DNA from: Macrostomum lignano
Lineage: Eukaryota
Assembly (NCBI GenBank): GCA_002269645.1
Contig: NIVC01000102.1
Location: 639,950-703,949, forward strand
DNA length: 64,000 bases
Reading direction: 5' to 3'
Position 1 is the first letter of the stretch, and every line of letters starts with the position of its first letter. Below are positions 57,213 through 64,000 of this stretch, piece by piece. The position numbers and the translations under genes were made by a program. The notes beneath the pieces were generated by a model, which was not told the DNA's origin, ran no database searches, and saw only the letters and a list, made by a program, of their open reading frames with translations.

Positions 57213-58653
57213 TATAATGAAAAAGCTACATTTTAGATAAGCCTTTGTAGCTTGGTTAATTATTAGTGGAACATATAAAAGTGTGTAGATATCTTATTAA
57301 GTACAGAAGTGCATAGACAATGTTTGATTCTACCAAATATATAATTGTACAAAATTTCAAAAATAGTTTTATTGTTTATCTAACATTATATAGCTCAACA
57401 TTTTTTTGAAACTTTTGCAGATTTTAAAAATGCAACTATAAGAAGTAAAAATAAAGCCTATTAAAATTATAATTAAATCTTTTAGGCCTAGTCTTATTAT
57501 TGTATTATTGCTTACTCATGGCAAATAAACAAATAATAAAGTATCATAAGACAAAAGCCAGGAATCAATATATAAGTTGTTATAATGCATTATGCATTCC
57601 AAAGTGCATTGCTAGGTATATTGTTTGGAACAAAAAAGCAGTAAATAAAGTGAATTTATAAATTCTTTGTCATTGAAACTAATGTAGCTAGTAAGTAAAT
57701 ATTTTGTGTACACAAAGTAGTTACATTAAATGTAGAGTCCATAGGGCAGTGCAAAAACCAATAGGCAGAAAACAAAGAATCAAACTTGTACTATGAATAT
57801 GATGGTTGTCCAAAAAGTCTTACAACTTTTTTTACATTACTCTTTTTAATAGTCAGCAAAAATAAAAGCAACTGATTTATTTCATAGCACTTTACTTACA
57901 AATGACAGTGAAAGAATTTTGAAAATATCACAAACTTTTCAAAAGTTATGCCTCCTTAACTGCAGTGGGATACTATATCTTAATACACAAATAGGAACAA
58001 AAAACTAAACTACAATTAGAAATCTCATAGTAGGGGCAAAAAATTCTAGTGTGTGCCACATCATCACTTTCTATTTCTATATCTTTTGTATAAGTTTTAT
58101 TTGCTTCTGCTTGTGTGACACTCTGAAATAGCCACTGAAAGACTCATTTTGAGACATACAGTAACCTGAAGGGTGACTATTGAAGGGTGACTATATTGAG
58201 GAGGTCTCAGTTGCCATTAAGAAATACATTTGAACTTTTTTTGAAAGACAACTGACTTGCTGTTTCCTGGTACTTGTACTCCAAAGCTTATGCAGCATCC
58301 AAGTTCCTTTTCATGGATTGAGATGCAGTATCCCAATGCAGCGAAGAAAGCATAACTTTTGAAAAGTTCATGATACAAGCATGTGTCATAATATTAATTT
58401 TATTTTATTTTAGTATTTTACATTTTGCAACTCACTTCTGTGGGTCAAAGAGGCTTAGTGCATAAATTTTACTAAACTTTTTTTGAGTCTCTACTGACAG
58501 TAGAAATATAAGGAAAATACGCCAATAAAAAATAAAATGTGTCCAATACATATATTTACTGTTAAACTAAACTTACAATATAATAGTCAACAAACAAAGG
58601 ATAACTGCTTACCATTGCAGCAAATTCAAATTCAAATCTATTTTTGAATCGTC

Positions 58654-59118
58654 ATGGCAACCCCGTCGCGTCGTCGTTTAATCCGAGATTTCAAGCGCCT
58701 CCAAGAGGACCCTCCAGCCGGGGTGTCTGGTGCACCCAAGGAGGACAATATTATGCAGTGGAATTGCGTCATATTCGGTCCTCAGGACACCCCGTTCGAG
58801 GACGGCACCTTCCAGCTGACCATGGAGTTCACTGAGGAATATCCCAATAAGCCGCCTACGGTTAGATTCGTATCGAAAATGTTCCACCCCAATGTGTACG
58901 CGGATGGCAGTATCTGTTTGGACATTCTGCAGAGCAAGTGGAGCCCCACCTACGATGTGTCAGCAATCCTCACCTCCATTCAGTCTCTGCTGGACGAGCC
59001 GAACCCGAACTCACCAGCCAATAACGTTGCCGCCACTCTCTACCAGGAGAATAAGCGGGAATATGAGAAGAAAGTTCGTGCTATTGTTGAGGAGAGCTGG
59101 CTCATGCAAGACGCTTGA
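58654..59118 (+). CDS. UBE2A: Ubiquitin-conjugating enzyme E2 A/B (Rad6), intronless CDS, 154 aa
   Basis: [63 protein letters not shown], near-identical to Rad6/UBE2A/B with the catalytic Cys. Confidence 0.97.
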   Translation: MATPSRRRLIRDFKRLQEDPPAGVSGAPKEDNIMQWNCVIFGPQDTPFEDGTFQLTMEFTEEYPNKPPTVRFVSKMFHPNVYADGSICLDILQSKWSPTYDVSAILTSIQSLLDEPNPNSPANNVAATLYQENKREYEKKVRAIVEESWLMQDA

Positions 59119-59269
59119 GTTTGGGCTCTGCTTGATGATGACTCATGGGGGCTGTGGGACTGCCGGCTCTTTAATTGACTTGCTGGTGCCCGTCTGAGCT
59201 CTGATGGCCGGGGTCTGCGGGCCTGTGAGAAACTCCAGGTTCACCCCAGATTAACTATTTTAAAGCATT

Positions 59270-59461
59270 GGTTTCTCTCTCATCTCCTCTCCTCTCCTTC
59301 CCTCCCTTGTCTCTCTCCTCTCCTCTCCTCTCCTCTCCTCTCCTCTCCTCTCCTCTCTTCTCCTCTCCTCTTCTCTCTCCTCTCCTTCCCTCCCTTGTCT
59401 CCTCTCCTCTCACTCCTCACCTCTCTCTCCTAAACTCTCCTCCCCCCTCTCCCTCCTCTCC

Positions 59462-59496
<35 letters not shown>

Positions 59497-59650
59497 CCTT
59501 CCCTCCCCTCCTCTCTCCTCTCATATCTCTCCTCACCTCTCTTCCCTCCTCTTTCTTCTCAACCCTCTCCTCTCTTGTCTATCCTCCTCCCGTCCTCTCA
59601 TGTCTTCTCTCTCCTCACCTCTCCTCTCCAGCCCTCTCCCCTCTTGTATT
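59270..59650. repeat. CT-rich low-complexity tract downstream of UBE2A (probable 3' UTR)
   Basis: (CTCTC)n and (CTAT)n; AATAAA at 59852-59857. Confidence 0.85.
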
Positions 59651-60351
59651 TTTTGTTATTGTAGTTAAAAATCAATCCTTCAATCCTTGGTCTGAAGCAG
59701 TCATTGTCGGGTATTTCTAATTTTATAACTCTTAAAACACGATCTGCGTTCAGCCTACAGGCTGCAATTGCATCTTAATTCTTTCCTGTGTTTTACTCTC
59801 TGTTGTAATCAGTTTGTGTGTTTATTGGCACCCTGTTCTGTCTATTGATGTAATAAAAAAGCATACAATATTGGTGTCCATTACAATCTGTTAATATCCT
59901 GCTATATTATCAGCATATGTACATCTTCTGATATAATAGAAGTTATTTTTCGTTGTTTTATTTGGTGTCATATCTAGTGTTAGAAGACAATAAATTGAAT
60001 ATTAAGCTGTCTATTGTACTGAGTTATATCTTGAATGGAAATTCTTTCAATCCCTATAAGCTACTTTCAGCTGTCTATATAGGATATATTCTACTATGAG
60101 TAGTTTTCCACCTATTTGCAAATTATTCTTAGGCGTTTTAAGAAACCTCTGTTCACTTGCGATTATATATACTAATATTTATATTCTGGTTACGCTCTGT
60201 CGGTATGCGTTTGATCAGTTGATGATCTATAAAATATTAGATATAAAAGTGTATTATACAAGTAAATATGTAAATCATTTCTTGATCGCTAAACGTTATT
60301 GCAGTTTTGTTGTTCATTAAAATCCCAAAAATCATCGGCTTTAGTTGATCC

Positions 60352-60627
60352 CAGGCCAGCCTCCCAGATCCTCAGTTGCTGGGCCAGCCTCCCAGATCCT
60401 CAGTTGCTGGGCCAGCCTCACAGATCCTCAGTTGCTGGGCCAGCCTCCCAGATCCCCAGTTGCTGGGCCAGCCTCCCAGATCCTCAGTTGCTGGGCCAGC
60501 CTCCCAGATCCTCAGTTGCTGGGCCAGCCTCCCAGATCCTCAGTTGCTGGGCCAGCCTCCCAGATCACCAGTTGCTGGGCCAGCCTCCCAGATCCTCAGT
60601 TGCTGGGCCAGCCTCCCAGATCCTCAA
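60352..60627. repeat. 28-bp minisatellite (GGGCCAGCCTCCCAGATCCTCAGTTGCT)
   Basis: About 10 copies; ends roughly 90 bp before the NDUFA8 ATG. Confidence 0.95.
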
Positions 60628-60718
60628 TTAAAAGGCTCAAGCTTAAATTCATCCTCGTTGGTTATCCTGCCGAGTTTTTAATACGTACTCGTGTTTGATT
60701 CCCCATAGCAACGCCGTC

Positions 60719-63585
60719 ATGGTGCTTGGCAATGACGTTTGGTTGCCGGCGGCCTCAGAGCTGGAGGTGCCGGAGCTCAACATCACCACCATGCCGCTGC
60801 TGGCCGCCGCGCACCAGCTGGGCCGCTTCTGCGACAACCAGTGCAAGGAGTTCATGCTGTGCCACCAGGAGACGCTCAAGGTAGGCGATGCCTCACCCTA
60901 CTGTGGCTGTCTGTCTACTTTTGTAATTTTATAGTTAAACTCTGCCTTACCTACTTAGTCAATACTACTCTACAATGCTTACTTCATCTCTACGCTACTC
61001 AATATACCCCTACTCAACCTGACTCTACTCAATCTACCCTACTCAATCTACCCTACTCAACCTACCCTACTCAATCTACCCTACTCAATATACCCTATTC
61101 AATCTACCCTACTTAATCTACCCTACTCAATCTACCCCTACTCAATCTACCCCTACTCAAATTCCCTACTCAATCTACCCTACTCAATCTACCCTACTCA
61201 ATCTACCCCTACTCAATATACCCTACTCAATCTACCCTACTCATCTACCCTACTCAATCTACCCTACTCAATCTACTCTACTCAATCTACCCCTACTCAA
61301 TTTACCCTACTCAATCTACCCTACTCAATCTACTCTACTCAATCTACCCCTACTCAATTTACCCTACTCAATCTACCCTACTCAATCTACCCCTACTCAA
61401 TTTACCCTACTCAATCTACCCTACTCAATTTACCCTACTCAATCTACCCTACTCAATCTACCCCTACTCAGTTTACTCTACTCAATATACACTACTTAAT
61501 CTACCCTACTCAATCTACCCTACTCAATCTACCCCTACTCAATATACCCTATTCAATCTACCCCTACTCAATCTACCCTACTCAATCTACTCTACTCAAT
61601 ATACCCTACTCAATCTACCTCTAATCAATATACCCTACTCAATCTACCCTACTCAATCTACCCTACCCAATCTACCCTACTCAATCTACCCCTACTCAAT
61701 ATACCCTACTCAATATACCCTACTCAATATACCCTACTCAATCTACCCTACTCAATCTACCTACTCAATATACCCTTCTCAATCTACCCTACTCAATCTA
61801 CCCTACTCAATCTACCTACTCAATATACCCTTCTCAATCTACCCTACTCAATCTACCCTACTCAATCTACCTACTCAATATACCCTTACTCAATATACCT
61901 TACTCAATATACCCTACTCAATATACCCTACTCAATATACCCTACTCAATATACCCTACTCAGTTTACTCTACTCAATATACACTACTTAATCTACCTAA
62001 CATACTCTATCATTCTACTCTATCTACCAAATGCAACTCAAAGGACCCGCGCAAGTGCCTGGCCGAGGGCAAGGCCGTCACCGAGTGCGGCCTGGAGTTC
62101 TTCCGCCAGATCAAGCGCCACTGCGCCCTGCCGTTCGAGCGCTACTTGAACTGCTTTGAGAAGCGCTCGACCTCTTATAACCGGCCGGCCTACTGCCGGC
62201 GGGAGCAGGGCCCGTTTGACGACTGCGTGAGGCAGCACCTGGGACAGGTAGGTGATCGTGCGGACGGCTATGTCCTGTCACCTGTTTTAGATAGACACCG
62301 GTTATCACCTGTATTATACACCGGTTATCACCTGTATTAGACACCGGTTATCACCTGTATTAGACACCGGTTATCACCTGTATTAGACACCGGTTATCAC
62401 CTGTATTAGACACTGGTTATCACATGTATTAGACACCGGTTATCACCTGTATTAGACACCGGTTATCACCTGTATTAGACACCGGTTATCACCTGTATTA
62501 GACACCGGTTATCACCTGTATTAGACACCGGTTATCACCTGTATTAGACACCGGTTATCACCTGTATTAGACACCGGTTATCACCTGTTTTAGACACCGG
62601 TTATCACCTGTATTAGACACCGGTTATCACCTGTATTAGACACCGGTTATCACCTGTATTAGACACCGGTTATCACCTGTATTAGACACCGGTTATCACC
62701 TGTATTAAACACCGGTTATCACCTGTATTAGACACCGGTTATCACCTGTTTTAGACACCGGTTATCATCTGTTTTAGACACCGGTTATCACCTGTTTTAG
62801 ACACCGGTTATCACCTGTATTAGACACCGGTTATCACCTGTATTAGACACCGGTTATCACCTGTATTAGACACCGGTTATCACATGTATTAGACACCGGT
62901 TATCACCTGTATTAGACACCGGTTATCACCTGTATTAGACACCGGTTATCACCTGTATTAGACACCGGTTATCACCTGTATTAGACACCGGTTATCACCT
63001 GTATTAGACACCGGTTATCACCTGTATTAGACACCGGTTATCACCTGTATTAGACACCGGTTATCACCTGTATTAGACACCGGTTATCACCTGTATTAGA
63101 CACCGGTTATCACCTGTTTTAGACACCGGTTATCACCTGTATTAAACACCGGTTATCACCTGTATTAGACACCGGTTATCACCTGTTTCAGACACCGGTT
63201 ATCACCTGTATTAGACACCGGTTATCACCTGTTTTAGACACCGGTTATCACCTGTTTTATCACCTGTTTTAGACACCGGTTTATTCCCCCAAACCGCAAT
63301 CCCCCCCAGGAGCGGCCACCTCCCGGCTACTTCAGCAAGATCCGCTTGCACGACAGCCAGCGGCCGCGCCATCCGGTGCCGCCAGCCCCCATGCCGCAGC
63401 GCATCGAAGAGCGAGACTTGGACAGCGTCACTGAGCCGCCCGGCACCCCCGACCCGCTGTTTGCCTTCAACAGCCGCGACACCTCGGAGGAGGGTCAGCG
63501 CCGAGCCAGAGAGTGGCTCAGGCTCGACAAGGAGCGGACTACTAGCAGGAACTTCGTGCCACCGGCTGACGATAGCTCTGAGTGA
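60719..63585 (+). CDS. NDUFA8: NADH dehydrogenase 1 alpha subcomplex subunit 8, 3 exons (60719-60880, 62044-62247, 63310-63585), 213 aa
   Basis: LPAASELEVPEL..LLAAAHQLGRFCD..KEFMLC..|DPRKCLAEGKAVTECGLEFFRQIKRHC..FDDCVRQHLG matches the NDUFA8 twin CX9C pattern; two phase-0 GT-AG introns. Confidence 0.93.
60990..61995. repeat. 14-15 bp minisatellite (CTACTCAATCTACC) filling NDUFA8 intron 1
   Basis: About 70 copies. Confidence 0.95.
62290..63275. repeat. 23-bp minisatellite (TTAGACACCGGTTATCACCTGTA) filling NDUFA8 intron 2
   Basis: About 42 highly homogeneous copies. Confidence 0.95.
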
Positions 63586-63779
63586 ATGCGGAACAGGAAA
63601 ACTGCTAAACTGCATGGCTAAACTGAAACTTAAAATATATTCTAGTAGGCTTTAAGTGGCACCGCTTGCTCGCTTGCTTGCGATTTGCACACAATATTAC
63701 TATAGAGTTAGTTTAATGTGTAGCTTTTTCATTTTAGAGTCCCAAGTTTGAAAATGTGTTCAATTTGGATCCTTTGTTT

Positions 63780-64000
63780 TTATCCCCATAATAGATTTAT
63801 AAATAGCCCCATAATGGGATTCCAAAATATCCCCATAATGGGATTCATAAGTATCCCCATAATGAGATTTATAAATATCCCCATAATAGAATTTTATAAA
63901 TATCCCCATAATGGGATTTTACAAATATCCCCATAATGAGATTCATAAATATCCCCATAAATGGATTCAGAAGTATCCCCATAATGAGATTTATAAATAT
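63780..64000. repeat. ~24-bp minisatellite (AAATATCCCCATAATGGGATTC..), runs off the window edge
   Basis: About 9 copies visible. Confidence 0.9.

Overview
Eukaryotic (metazoan) genomic DNA with spliceosomal introns, very dense minisatellites and GC-rich coding islands. The style is consistent with a lophotrochozoan such as a macrostomid flatworm (inference only). Host genes: a two-exon secreted WSC+PAN/Apple-like protein; a four-exon C1orf50/DUF2452 orthologue with an intronless DEG/ENaC channel gene nested in intron 2; two tandem ankyrin-repeat TRP channels with TRPM-like membrane and C-terminal regions; an intronless Rad6/UBE2A; and a three-exon NDUFA8 whose introns are almost pure minisatellite. 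Mobile DNA: a young BEL/Pao LTR retrotransposon (identical 221-bp LTRs, matching 5-bp TSD) whose 5' half has been inverted; RTE and I/Ingi-like LINE fragments; a tRNA-like SINE; a decayed mariner with TIRs and TA TSD; two non-autonomous elements with 8-bp TSDs that carry minisatellite cargo; and a decayed Polinton/Maverick-like endogenous virus remnant (major capsid C-terminus overlapping an adenain-like protease) lying next to a deoxynucleoside kinase and a C2H2 ORF. No CRISPR, rRNA or intact tRNA gene is supported. All protein-family calls come from motif recognition by eye, not from database searches.
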